Origin: an uncultured bacterium
GTDB lineage: Bacteria; Zhuqueibacterota; QNDG01; DTFT01
Length of the DNA: 64,000 nt
NCBI GenBank assembly: GCA_963736115.1
Contig: CAVTNR010000021.1
Span: forward strand, 1-64,000
Reading direction: 5' to 3'
Below, piece after piece: positions 21,148 to 30,738 of this stretch (positions are counted from its first letter, which is position 1; each line of letters starts with the position of its first letter). The translations under genes and the position numbers were made by a program. The notes beneath the pieces are model-generated. The model saw nothing but the letters and a program-made list of their open reading frames with translations, did no database searches and had not been told where the DNA came from.

Positions 21148-23450
21148 TCCTCTGTTTCCTCTCCGGAGGCCGCGGCGCCGGCGTCCATGCTCAGTATCCG
21201 TCCCAGCTGGTCTTCCTCCACCAGCACGATTCTCGCCTTGCTGCCGTCGAACGGGCCGAGAATGCCCGCGGTTTCCAGTTCGTCGATCAGCCGGCCCGCG
21301 CGCGAGTACCCGATGCGCAGGCGGCGCTGCAGGAGCGAAGCCGATCCCTGCTGGTGCCGCACGCACAGGCGCGCCGCTTCGCGGAACAGCTCGTCCCGCT
21401 CCCCGGCCGCGCCTCCGGGCTCGGTAGCGCCGCGGCCGCCCGAGCCGGGCAGGGCCCAGGCCTCCTCGCGGGGCTGGCCGTGTATGTGCCGCACCAGCGT
21501 CTGCACTTCCTCGGTGGATATGAACGCGCCATGGAGCCGCACCGGCTCCGGCTCGCGCGGGTGCATGAAAAGCATATCGCCCTTGCCGAGCAGTTTCTCC
21601 GCCCCATTGCGGTCGAGAATGGTGCGCGAGTCCGTTTTCTGCGCCACCTGAAACGCGATGCGCGACGGAAAATTGGCCTTGATCACGCCGGTGATGACGT
21701 CCACCGAGGGCCGCTGTGTGGCGAGAATCAGGTGAATGCCCACGGCCCGGGCCATCTGGGCCAGCCGGGCGATGGGCTCCTCGATCTCGCGCGCGCCCAG
21801 GACCATCAGGTCGGCCAGCTCATCGATCACCAGCACGACATAGGGCAGTTTGCGCTCCGGTTCCGATCCCTCCGGCACGGGGATTTTCCCGTCGTCTATG
21901 GCCCGGTTGAAATCCTCGATGTTGCGCACGCCGGCATGGGCCAGGGTCCGGTACCGCCTGTCCATTTCCATTTCAAGACTTTTCAGAACAGCCACCGCAT
22001 TGTCAACCGTCGTGACCACCGGTTCGTTGAGACCCTCCTGCGTCGTCAGGTGGTGGTGCTGGAGGTTTTTATAGAGGCTCAGCTCGAGTTTCTTCGGGTC
22101 GATGAGAACGAACTTCACCTCGGACGGCTTCGCGCGGAACAGCATGGACGCGATGATGGTGTTGAGGCACACCGATTTGCCGGACCCGGTGGCGCCCGCC
22201 ACGAGCAGATGGGGGAGCTGGGCCAGGTCGGTGACATAGGGCACGCCTTCGACGGTCTTGCCCAGGGCGACGGTCAGCTTGGAATGGGAATTCCGGAAGG
22301 CCTTGGACTCGATGATTTCGCGCAGCACCACGTCGGACGGCTTCTCGTTCGGGATCTCGACGCCCACCACGGCCTTGCCCGGAACCGGCGCGACGCGGAT
22401 GCGGTTGGCCTGCATCACCAGCGCCAGGTCGTCCTGTATGCCGATGAATCGGCTGACCTTGACCCCGGGCGCGGGGCGGACCTCGAAACGCGTGATGATC
22501 GGCCCCGGCATGATTTCGACGACCTGACCCAGAATGTCGAATTCCTTGAGTTTCTCCTCCAGGAACTGGGCCTTGGCCTCGAGCGCCGGCTTGTCGATTT
22601 TCCTTTCCTCCGCGGGAGGCAGGCGGAGCATGTCAACCGGAGGGAAACAGTACTCACCCTGTTCCGCCTGGGGAACCGGCCCCGGGGTCCTGGGCTTCGG
22701 GACGATGGCCGGAGTCCGGTGATCGTCAGCGGTGCGTATTTCGGGTTTCAGGAAAGCAGGCTGGGCCGGAGGCGTTTCAGGAACGGGCGGTCTCCTCGGC
22801 CGGGCCGGCAAGGCCGGCTCTTCGTCGGACGGCTCGTCCTCTTCAGACTCTTCCTCCGCTTCCTCCCGCCTGAGACGCCACCCTTCGACCAGTGCCCGGA
22901 CGGATTCCCGGATCCGCAACACCGTGTCCCTGAAACTCCAGGAGGTCGCGGTCATGAACAGGGCGATGAACGCGGTGAGCAGGACAATCACGGATCCGGC
23001 CGTTCCAAGCCAGCGGCTCAGTTTTTCCGCGATGAATCCTCCGAAAAGACCGCTGAGCCGGTACCCGATGGAACTGCCGGTTTCGGAAACCGCGTGCGGA
23101 AGCGCGAGCGCGGTTGAGAACATCAGGCCGAATCCGGCGAGAATGCCGCAGGTGCGGAATAAGGAGCGAAGGGGCGTCACCGCGAAAAGATTCCATCCGA
23201 GGAGAAAGACGATCAGCGGAAGAATGATGGAAGCGTATCCGATGGTGTAAACGTAGAGATAATGGCTGATGAAGGCGCCGGCCAGTCCCAGCCAGTTCCG
23301 GACCTGTCCGCTCTCCCCGCCTGCCGGAAAATCCGACGCCCGGTAGGAGACTACGCCCAGCAGCAGGAGCACGGCCAGGGCCATGATCAGAACGCCCAGG
23401 AGTTCCTGTTTTTTTCTACTGTCTCCGGCGGATTTTCTTTTTTCAGCCAT
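21144..23450 (-). CDS. ftsK: DNA translocase FtsK
   Basis: N-terminal TM region, PHLLVAGATGSGKS, VIDELADLM, ATQRPSVDVITG, gamma domain SLLQRRLRIGYSRAGRLID. Confidence 0.96.
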   Translation of the reverse strand: MAEKRKSAGDSRKKQELLGVLIMALAVLLLLGVVSYRASDFPAGGESGQVRNWLGLAGAFISHYLYVYTIGYASIILPLIVFLLGWNLFAVTPLRSLFRTCGILAGFGLMFSTALALPHAVSETGSSIGYRLSGLFGGFIAEKLSRWLGTAGSVIVLLTAFIALFMTATSWSFRDTVLRIRESVRALVEGWRLRREEAEEESEEDEPSDEEPALPARPRRPPVPETPPAQPAFLKPEIRTADDHRTPAIVPKPRTPGPVPQAEQGEYCFPPVDMLRLPPAEERKIDKPALEAKAQFLEEKLKEFDILGQVVEIMPGPIITRFEVRPAPGVKVSRFIGIQDDLALVMQANRIRVAPVPGKAVVGVEIPNEKPSDVVLREIIESKAFRNSHSKLTVALGKTVEGVPYVTDLAQLPHLLVAGATGSGKSVCLNTIIASMLFRAKPSEVKFVLIDPKKLELSLYKNLQHHHLTTQEGLNEPVVTTVDNAVAVLKSLEMEMDRRYRTLAHAGVRNIEDFNRAIDDGKIPVPEGSEPERKLPYVVLVIDELADLMVLGAREIEEPIARLAQMARAVGIHLILATQRPSVDVITGVIKANFPSRIAFQVAQKTDSRTILDRNGAEKLLGKGDMLFMHPREPEPVRLHGAFISTEEVQTLVRHIHGQPREEAWALPGSGGRGATEPGGAAGERDELFREAARLCVRHQQGSASLLQRRLRIGYSRAGRLIDELETAGILGPFDGSKARIVLVEEDQLGRILSMDAGAAASGEETEE

Positions 23451-23465
23451 ATGCCTGCCGTTGAC

Positions 23466-24191
23466 TCATGTTGCGACCAGGGCTCCGTCGGACAGAACGG
23501 GCACGGTCTGAAATGCGTCCGTTGACACGCAGGCCGGTATGTCCGCCCCGAACCCGAGTCCGGTCAGATAAACGCCGTGCGCCGATCCTGCGGCCATGCC
23601 CGTCAGGTCGTCCGCGAACCGGCGATGCAGAACCACCGCGACGCGGGCTTCATCGGACAGCGAACAGCCGTTTCCCGCAAGCCTCCGGATCGCGCCGGCC
23701 AGCATGCCCGCGGCCGTGGCGTCTTCAAGCGAAAACGCGCCGTCCCTGCCCGCGCAGGCCAGCAGGATGTCTTCCTTTCCGTCCGCCAGACGGCGGCTGA
23801 CCGCGCCGGCATTGACGAACCCCGCGACACAGACCGATTTGGCGCCGCGGGCCGCCTGCACGATCATCCGCGATCCGTTGGTGCTCGCGAATAGAAGGGT
23901 TTTCCCGGACACGCGGCCGGCCGAATACTCGGCCGGCGAATTGCCCAGATCAAACCCCCGGATGATCAATCCCTCCCGCTCGCCGCAAAGAAGCGCGCGG
24001 CCGGCCGGAAATTTCTCTTTGAGGCCGACAGCCTCTTCCGGCGAAGCCGCGGGGATCACGGCTGCGGCCCCGTTGGAAAGGGCGGTGATGATGGATGTCG
24101 ACGCCCGCAGTACGTCAATGACGGCCACGCGGCCCGTAAAACCGGCCTTGATCGACCAGTCTCCGGGTGACAGCAGAACGTCTATGCGCAT
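23466..24191 (-). CDS. comB: 2-phosphosulfolactate phosphatase family protein
   Basis: VIDVLRASTSI, LCGEREG, GFDLGNSP, STNGS, FSLED. Confidence 0.9.
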   Translation of the reverse strand: MRIDVLLSPGDWSIKAGFTGRVAVIDVLRASTSIITALSNGAAAVIPAASPEEAVGLKEKFPAGRALLCGEREGLIIRGFDLGNSPAEYSAGRVSGKTLLFASTNGSRMIVQAARGAKSVCVAGFVNAGAVSRRLADGKEDILLACAGRDGAFSLEDATAAGMLAGAIRRLAGNGCSLSDEARVAVVLHRRFADDLTGMAAGSAHGVYLTGLGFGADIPACVSTDAFQTVPVLSDGALVAT

Positions 24192-24199
24192 GGCCCGTG

Positions 24200-25348
24200 T
24201 CAGATCAGGAATTCAGCCATCTTCCGCCTCGCCGTCAGGCTGACGAACGGGATCGGAACGGTGAGGCCTTCGAGGAGTGTCCCGGTTTCAGGCTGGCGGA
24301 AACCGAGCGGAACGCCGTTGTCCAGCGGCCGCGTCGATTCGAGAAATCCGATGGGCGTGTTGTTCAGGGACGGCGCAATCACGCCGCTCAGCACGGAACC
24401 GATCGTCACCCCTTCCAGAACGGCTTCCCATCCGGGCATCGCCTTTCTGCGGCCGTTCATGGAAAAGGGCAGAACCCATCGATCGTTCGGACGGTCCGCG
24501 GCCAGGGCCGCGCCGCCGAAAAAGTCCTTCTCCGCCCGCATGGCGAATTCCCATGGATGCCCGACCGCGGGCCGGTCCGGCCTGAGCTCGTGGCCGTGCA
24601 AAGGAAGGCCGGCTTCCACGCGGAGCGTGTCCCGGCTCCCGAGACCGCAGGCCAGTATGCCGTGCTTTTTTCCTTCGGAAAGAAGCAGATCCCAGAGCGT
24701 TTCCGCCTGGGAGGATTCCGCGTACAATTCAAAACCGATCTCCCCGGTATAACCTGTCCGCGAGAGCAGGACGTCTATGCCCCCGACGGAAACCGACTGC
24801 AGGAATCTGAAATACTTGAGTTCCGTCAGTACGGATTTCGGGATGAAGCGGGAGATTAAAGCGGGTGCCGCGGGCCCCTGGAGATCCAGCTTGGCCGTGA
24901 CCGCGCTCCGGTCTTCGACGCGGCAATTGAAGTCCGCGGCCCGGGTCCGGATCCACGCCAGGTCCGCTGAGATATTGCCCGCATTCACCACCAGCATGTA
25001 ATCATCCGCTCCGAACCGGTACAGGATGCAGTCGTCGATGACGCCGCCCGATTCGTTCAGCATGAAATGGTACATGGCCTGGCCGTCCGCGGCCTGATCG
25101 ACCCGGTTGGTCAGCAGGCCTGACAGAAACCGGCCCGCGTCCGGGCCTGAAATGCGGAACTCACCCATATGGCAGATGTCGAAAAGTCCGCATGCCTTAC
25201 GGACAGCCATGTGCTCAGCGGACTGGCCCGTCGGGTACCAGAGAGGCAGAATCCAGCCCGCGAAATCCCCCATTCTGGCTCCGGCCGCAATATGGCGGTC
25301 ATACAGGGGGGTTTTCAGGGGCTGACTTGATTTTCCCGTCGTTTCCAT
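24200..25348 (-). CDS. gcvT: Glycine cleavage system aminomethyltransferase T
   Basis: KTPLYDRH, FAGW, GLFDICHMGE, SRTGYTGEIGFE, GLGSRDTLRVEAG. Confidence 0.92.
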   Translation of the reverse strand: METTGKSSQPLKTPLYDRHIAAGARMGDFAGWILPLWYPTGQSAEHMAVRKACGLFDICHMGEFRISGPDAGRFLSGLLTNRVDQAADGQAMYHFMLNESGGVIDDCILYRFGADDYMLVVNAGNISADLAWIRTRAADFNCRVEDRSAVTAKLDLQGPAAPALISRFIPKSVLTELKYFRFLQSVSVGGIDVLLSRTGYTGEIGFELYAESSQAETLWDLLLSEGKKHGILACGLGSRDTLRVEAGLPLHGHELRPDRPAVGHPWEFAMRAEKDFFGGAALAADRPNDRWVLPFSMNGRRKAMPGWEAVLEGVTIGSVLSGVIAPSLNNTPIGFLESTRPLDNGVPLGFRQPETGTLLEGLTVPIPFVSLTARRKMAEFLI

Positions 25349-25360
25349 TTGATTATTTAA

Positions 25361-25389
25361 AATTTACGTAAAACGGCCGTTTTTGTCAA
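25361..25389 (-). promoter_or_regulatory. Sigma70 promoter of gcvT with palindromic spacer
   Basis: TTGACA (25389-25384), 17 nt, TAAATT (25366-25361). The spacer contains the perfect palindrome AAAACGGCCGTTTT. Confidence 0.65.
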
Positions 25390-25495
25390 ACGATTTCTAT
25401 CCCGGTTTATTCTTCGGGCGGTCTGATCGATATGCACCATTCATTTTCAGACCTAACTCTTTTTTTGAGGCGCCGATTTTAATAAAACTTCCGGG

Positions 25496-26548
25496 TTATT
25501 TATTGAATATGTCATTGTACGTGACCAGCAGAATCAGGCCGATGAGCAGAACCATTCCCGCCTGCTGAATGATCATTTTCACGCGCACCGGTATCTCTTT
25601 CCGGATGATTCCTTCGATGCACAGGATCAGGATATGTCCGCCGTCCAGAACCGGGAAAGGCAGAAGATTCAACAGGCCGAGATTGAGGCTGAGCAGAGCC
25701 ATCAGGTAGAACAGCGACCCCATGCCCTGTCTGGCGCTGTCCCCCGCGAGCTGGGCGATCTTGACCGGCCCGCCGAGGGTTTTCAGGGAATCCTGTCCGG
25801 TGATCAGGCGGAACAGGGAAACCGCAATGAGCCGTGTGATGTGCCAGCAGTACTTCGCCGACTCCACGAAAGCCGCGGGCCATCCGATTTTAACAACTTC
25901 CGATTGAGCCTGTATGCCGATCAGCCCCACGGGACGGCCGTCCAGCGTATCCTGAGCCGGGGTGATCAGGGCCGCGCGGAGCGAATCACCGGACATCCAT
26001 TCGATCCGGAGCGTCCGGCCGGGCGCGGAATGGATCAGGGCCGTGAGTTCCTCCCACGTGGCCACGGAATCGCCGTCCACTGCCGTGATTCGGTCGCCCG
26101 GTTTCAGCCCGGCCGCGGCCGCGGGCCTGCCTTCGGTCACGATCCCGATCGTCGTTCCGCTGATTCGGGCGACGCCCTGGAAACGCGCGAACCCGGTCAG
26201 TATGAAATACGCCAGAAGCAGGTTCATGAGGGAGCCGGCCAGCACCACGATCAGCCGCTGGACCCAGGGCTTGGATCGGAATTCCCACGGCTGGGGCGGA
26301 CCCTGCACCGCTTTTGCGTCCAGGCTCTCGTCGACCATTCCCGCGATCTTCACATAACCGCCGAAGGGAATGGCGGATATGCAGTAGTCCGTGTCGCCCC
26401 TGCGCTTTCCGAACAGCCTCGGCGGATAGCCCATGGAAAACCGCTCCACGCGTATGCCGAATCCCTTCGCGGACAGAAAATGTCCGAGCTCATGTACGAA
26501 CACGAGCACGCTGAGAACAAAAATTGTGGCCAGTAAAGTGATCATCAT
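25496..26548 (-). CDS. rseP: RIP metalloprotease RseP
   Basis: HELGH, AIPFGGYV, PDZ domain, NLLPFPVLDGG. Confidence 0.95.
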   Translation of the reverse strand: MMITLLATIFVLSVLVFVHELGHFLSAKGFGIRVERFSMGYPPRLFGKRRGDTDYCISAIPFGGYVKIAGMVDESLDAKAVQGPPQPWEFRSKPWVQRLIVVLAGSLMNLLLAYFILTGFARFQGVARISGTTIGIVTEGRPAAAAGLKPGDRITAVDGDSVATWEELTALIHSAPGRTLRIEWMSGDSLRAALITPAQDTLDGRPVGLIGIQAQSEVVKIGWPAAFVESAKYCWHITRLIAVSLFRLITGQDSLKTLGGPVKIAQLAGDSARQGMGSLFYLMALLSLNLGLLNLLPFPVLDGGHILILCIEGIIRKEIPVRVKMIIQQAGMVLLIGLILLVTYNDIFNK

Positions 26549-26573
26549 TTCCTCGACGAATGTGAAAACAGGT

Positions 26574-27749
26574 TCAGGATGCGGACTTCACCTTCGATGC
26601 CTCCTGCCGGACGAAATCGCGGGCCCACCGGTCGGCTTCAAGAATGCCGGTCAGATCCGGATCCGCCGTGTTTCGGTGTCCGTTGAGCGCCGCTTCCAGG
26701 AGTCTCGGGATGTCCGTGAAACCGACTGCGCCGGAAAGAAATAAACCGACCGCTTCCTCGTCCGCCGCATTGTAAACCGCCGTGGCTGTTCCCCCCGCGG
26801 CCAGCGCCTGATAGGCCATTTTCAGCGCCGGAAAACGCTCCGTATCCGGCGGCAGAAAAACCAGGGGTCCGCACTGCGTGAAATTTAGGCGGCCGAAATC
26901 ATGCGCCAGCCGTTCCGGATAAGACAGGGCGTGACTGATGGGGATGCGCATGTCCGGAATTCCGAGCTGGGCCTTGACCGAGCCGTCCGCGAATTCCACC
27001 ATGGAATGGATGATGGATTGCGGATGCACGACCACTTCGATCCGTTCCGGAGGAACGGCGAACAGCCATCTCGCCTCAATGACCTCGAGCCCTTTGTTGG
27101 CCAGAGTGGCGGAATCGATCGTGACCTTGCGGCCCATGGTCCAGTTCGGATGGGCCAGCGCCTGGCCGGGCGTCACGGACGCCAGGTCCGCGGCCGGCGT
27201 GCGGAGAAAGGGCCCGCCCGACGCCGTGAGCAGGATGCGTCGGATGGAGGCGGGGTCCTCCCCTTCCAGACACTGGAATACCGCGCTGTGCTCGCTGTCC
27301 ACGGGTATGATCGAAAGGCCCCGGCCGCGGATTTCCCGCATGACCAGGTCACCCGCCATGACGAGCACTTCCTTGTTCGCCAGAGCGATGGACACCCCGG
27401 CCCTAACCGCGGCCAGCGTCGCTTCGAGACCCACGGATCCGACCAGCGCGTTCAGCACCATTTGCTCCGCGCCGCGGGACGCGGCTTCCAGAAGCCCCTC
27501 GCGTCCCAGCAGGAGCTCCGTGCCGTTTTCGCGGAACGCCTGCTGAAAGGAAGCGGAATCCCCGGCCGGGCCGGTCAGCACCGCGGTCGCGGGCCTGAGC
27601 TTTTTCGCCTGCTCCAACAGCAGGCGGCCGTTGGCGTGTCCGGTCAGCGTGACGACGCGGAAACGGTCCGGATGACGCAGAATGACATCCACCGCCTGGG
27701 TGCCGATGGACCCGGTGGAACCCCAGATGGAAACGGTTCGGGCCGTCAC
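26574..27749 (-). CDS. dxr: 1-deoxy-D-xylulose-5-phosphate reductoisomerase
   Basis: GSTGSIGTQ, LANKE, PVDSEHSA, TASGGPF, HPNWTMGRKVTIDSAT. Confidence 0.96.
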   Translation of the reverse strand: MTARTVSIWGSTGSIGTQAVDVILRHPDRFRVVTLTGHANGRLLLEQAKKLRPATAVLTGPAGDSASFQQAFRENGTELLLGREGLLEAASRGAEQMVLNALVGSVGLEATLAAVRAGVSIALANKEVLVMAGDLVMREIRGRGLSIIPVDSEHSAVFQCLEGEDPASIRRILLTASGGPFLRTPAADLASVTPGQALAHPNWTMGRKVTIDSATLANKGLEVIEARWLFAVPPERIEVVVHPQSIIHSMVEFADGSVKAQLGIPDMRIPISHALSYPERLAHDFGRLNFTQCGPLVFLPPDTERFPALKMAYQALAAGGTATAVYNAADEEAVGLFLSGAVGFTDIPRLLEAALNGHRNTADPDLTGILEADRWARDFVRQEASKVKSAS

Positions 27750-28537
27750 GGCCGGGTTCCGGTTCCGGAGAGCGCGTGATCCGGAACGGCTTTTTGCGCC
27801 AGACGCTCCTCCTCATCGGTCAGTGCCGCGGTCTCGAAACGGATCCGGAAAACCGATTCGAATCCGGAGCGGACCGCGGATGCGACAGCTTCAAAAGACA
27901 CTTCGCGACCCGTGAACGCCGCGATGGAAACCGCCGGGTCCTCGGCGACGTGTCCTCCGGAAAGGTAATCCCCCAGCCGCCGGTGTCCGCCGCCGGTGAG
28001 AATCGATCCGTGCTGCAGCACTCCCGGGGGCCCGACTTTCTGCGCGCTTCCCACAAGTTTGCGGCCGTCGAGCAGAATTTCCCAGCGCGCCGCGGAATTG
28101 AAACAGCTCATCGCCGCGGAAGGATCACGGGGAGAGGGCGGACGGCCCGATCGCTTCTCGTAAGTCACCGGAAGGCCCAGGCCGGAAAGGCCTAGGACAA
28201 TGGCCTCGCTGACATTCCGATAAAGATCCTGTTTCGGCAGGCCGCCCGTTTCGCTTTCGACCGGGAAGACAACCGCATACGTGATTTCGTCCGAGTGCAG
28301 AACGGCCCGTCCACCCGTCGGCCTGCGGACGACATCCACGCAGTCCCGACGGCAGGCGGGATAATCGACGTTGCTGTCCCGCTGATGGATTCCGAGGGAA
28401 AGGCAGACGGGTTTCCAGCGGTACATCCGGACGGTGGGTACATTCAGGCGGGAGGGGTTTTCCAACAGGACCGAGTCAACGGCCATGTGAAACGCGCCCG
28501 CGGCCTCCCCCCCGTCCATCCATCGCCAGGCCCGCAT
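27746..28537 (-). CDS. Lipoate-protein ligase / octanoyltransferase (LipM-like)
   Basis: HMAVD, VVRRPTGGRAVLH, GRKLVGSAQ, LQHGSI. Confidence 0.88.
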   Translation of the reverse strand: MRAWRWMDGGEAAGAFHMAVDSVLLENPSRLNVPTVRMYRWKPVCLSLGIHQRDSNVDYPACRRDCVDVVRRPTGGRAVLHSDEITYAVVFPVESETGGLPKQDLYRNVSEAIVLGLSGLGLPVTYEKRSGRPPSPRDPSAAMSCFNSAARWEILLDGRKLVGSAQKVGPPGVLQHGSILTGGGHRRLGDYLSGGHVAEDPAVSIAAFTGREVSFEAVASAVRSGFESVFRIRFETAALTDEEERLAQKAVPDHALSGTGTRP

Positions 28538-28544
28538 GACGGCG

Positions 28545-29318
28545 TTATCGGATGACACCCCGTTCGCTCTTGTCGATGAATTCCAGAACGACCGACACCT
28601 CGGGCGTCAATTCCATCTCGTTCCGGATGCGGTCGAGCGCCTGGCTGGTGTTCAGCTTGGACTGGTAGACGAACCGGTAGCAGCGGCGCAGGGCCGCGAT
28701 GGCTTCCTGGGAGAACCCGCGCCTTCGGAGGCCGACGATGTTCAGCCCCTTGTACGTCAGGGGCTCGCCCGCGGCCAGGATGTACGGCGGGACGTCCTGC
28801 ACCACGCGGAATCCGCCGCCGATGAAGGCGTGCTGGCCGATCCTGCAGAACTGATGCACGGGCGACATGCCGCCGACCGACACCCGGTCCTCGATTGTGA
28901 CGTGGCCCGCGAGCTGGACGGCGTTCGCCAGAATGACCTTGTTCCCGACCCAGCAGTCATGCGCCACGTGCACATAGGCCATGAGAAAGCAGTCTTCCCC
29001 GATTTTACTGCTCCCGCGCTCATGCGTGCCCCGGTTCAGGTCGCAGAACTCGCGGACCACGGTCCGATCGCCGATCTCGAGCACCGTTTCCTCGCCCGCG
29101 AACTTGAGATCCTGGGGAACGGACGACACGACGGAACCGTTGTGGATCTGGACCTGCCGTCCGATCCGCGCGCCGTTGGCGATATAGCAGTGCCCGTGAA
29201 TCCGGGTCCCTTCGCCGATCTCCACGTCCTTTTCAACGATGGAAAAGGGCCCCACGGTGACGTTGTCCGCGAGCCGTGCGCCCGGATCGATGATGGCGGT
29301 TGGATGAAGCGTGGTCAA
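28545..29318 (-). CDS. lpxA: UDP-N-acetylglucosamine acyltransferase
   Basis: LHPTAII, PQDLKFAGE, YVHVAHDC, VHQFCRIG. Confidence 0.96.
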   Translation of the reverse strand: MTTLHPTAIIDPGARLADNVTVGPFSIVEKDVEIGEGTRIHGHCYIANGARIGRQVQIHNGSVVSSVPQDLKFAGEETVLEIGDRTVVREFCDLNRGTHERGSSKIGEDCFLMAYVHVAHDCWVGNKVILANAVQLAGHVTIEDRVSVGGMSPVHQFCRIGQHAFIGGGFRVVQDVPPYILAAGEPLTYKGLNIVGLRRRGFSQEAIAALRRCYRFVYQSKLNTSQALDRIRNEMELTPEVSVVLEFIDKSERGVIR

Positions 29319-29340
29319 CGGTCCTCCTGGTATGGGTGGG

Positions 29341-30738
29341 TCAGCGGTTGACGATGCCGGCCATCAGTTCCGCCTCGCATACCAGCTCGCCGGACACGTA
29401 GGCTTTTCCGGCCATCTTGTATGAACTGGCCCGCGAGCGTACCAGAGACACTTCGATCTGGATCTGGTCGCCGGGCACGACGGGTTTCCTGAATTTCACC
29501 TGGTCGATGGACATGAAATAGGCGAGCTTCTTCTCCGGCTCCTCGATGGAGTCGAGGATGAGAATGGCGCCCGTCTGGGCCATGGCCTCCACGATGAGCA
29601 CGCCCGGCATGATGGGATGCGAGGGAAAATGACCGACGAAGAACGGCTCGTTCATGGAGACGTTCTTGATGCCGATCACCCGCTCGCCCGGAATGAGGTC
29701 CACGATCCGGTCGACGAGCAGGAACGGATAGCGATGGGGCAGGATGCGCTGGATGGCCTGGGCGTCCAGAAAAACGCCCTTCTTCGCCGGCTGGGTCTGG
29801 TACTTGCTGGTGATCTGTTTTTTCTTGTAGATCTTGCGGATCTGCTTCACCAGCTCGACGTGCGCGGCATGACCCGATCGCGCGGCCATGACGTGGGCCT
29901 TGAGCGGCCGTCCGATGAGGGCCATGTCGCCGATCAGGTCGAGCGTTTTGTGCCGGACGGGTTCGTTGGGATGCCGCAGTTCCTTTCCGCCCAGAATGCC
30001 GGTCGATCCGGGTACGATTTCATCCTTCAGCCCGAACTTCTTCGCGAGCGCCTGGAGCTCGCTGCCTTCCAGCTTCCGGTCGATGATGACCACCGCGTTC
30101 CCCAGGTTGCCGCCCTGGATGAGCCCCTTGTCGTGAAGGGCCTCGACCTCGTGGAGGAAGCAGAAAGTCCGGGCCGACGCGAACTCCTTCACGAACTCGT
30201 CCGTCAGTGAATACATGGACGTGTACTGCGTGCCGAGCGCCGGGTTCTGGTAGTCCACCATGAACGTGATCCGGAAATCATCCGAGGGGAAGACCACCAT
30301 GTCGATGCCCTTCTCCTTGTCCGAGTAGGCGATGGTCTCCTCGATGGTCAGATAATCCTTCGGGGAATCCTGCTCCTCGAATCCGGCCTGCTGCAGAATC
30401 TCGACAAATGGCATCGCGCTGCCGTCCCCGACGGGAGGCTCGTTGGAATCGAGCTCGATGACCACGTTGTCGATTTCGAGCCCGTACACGGCGGCGAGAA
30501 CGTGCTCGACCTGGCGGATCTGCACACCGGCCTTGCCGATGGTGGTGTCCCGCTGATTGTCAACCACGTGATCGATATCGGCCGGTATCTCCGGTTTCTC
30601 CGGCAGATCGACGCGCCTGAACCGGATGCCCGTGTTCGCGGCGGACGGCCTGAACGTGACCGTGGTGCTGTTCCCGGTATGCAGTCCGGTGCCGGACAGG
30701 GAACAGGGTTTGACGATCGTGCGCTGGTTCTTCAGCAT
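29341..30738 (-). CDS. lpxC/fabZ: Bifunctional LpxC/FabZ
   Basis: QRTI..GTGLHTG, VEHVLAA and RHKTLDLIGD (LpxC) followed by LPHRYPFLLVD and HFPSHPIMPGVLIVEAMAQ (FabZ). Confidence 0.95.
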   Translation of the reverse strand: MLKNQRTIVKPCSLSGTGLHTGNSTTVTFRPSAANTGIRFRRVDLPEKPEIPADIDHVVDNQRDTTIGKAGVQIRQVEHVLAAVYGLEIDNVVIELDSNEPPVGDGSAMPFVEILQQAGFEEQDSPKDYLTIEETIAYSDKEKGIDMVVFPSDDFRITFMVDYQNPALGTQYTSMYSLTDEFVKEFASARTFCFLHEVEALHDKGLIQGGNLGNAVVIIDRKLEGSELQALAKKFGLKDEIVPGSTGILGGKELRHPNEPVRHKTLDLIGDMALIGRPLKAHVMAARSGHAAHVELVKQIRKIYKKKQITSKYQTQPAKKGVFLDAQAIQRILPHRYPFLLVDRIVDLIPGERVIGIKNVSMNEPFFVGHFPSHPIMPGVLIVEAMAQTGAILILDSIEEPEKKLAYFMSIDQVKFRKPVVPGDQIQIEVSLVRSRASSYKMAGKAYVSGELVCEAELMAGIVNR

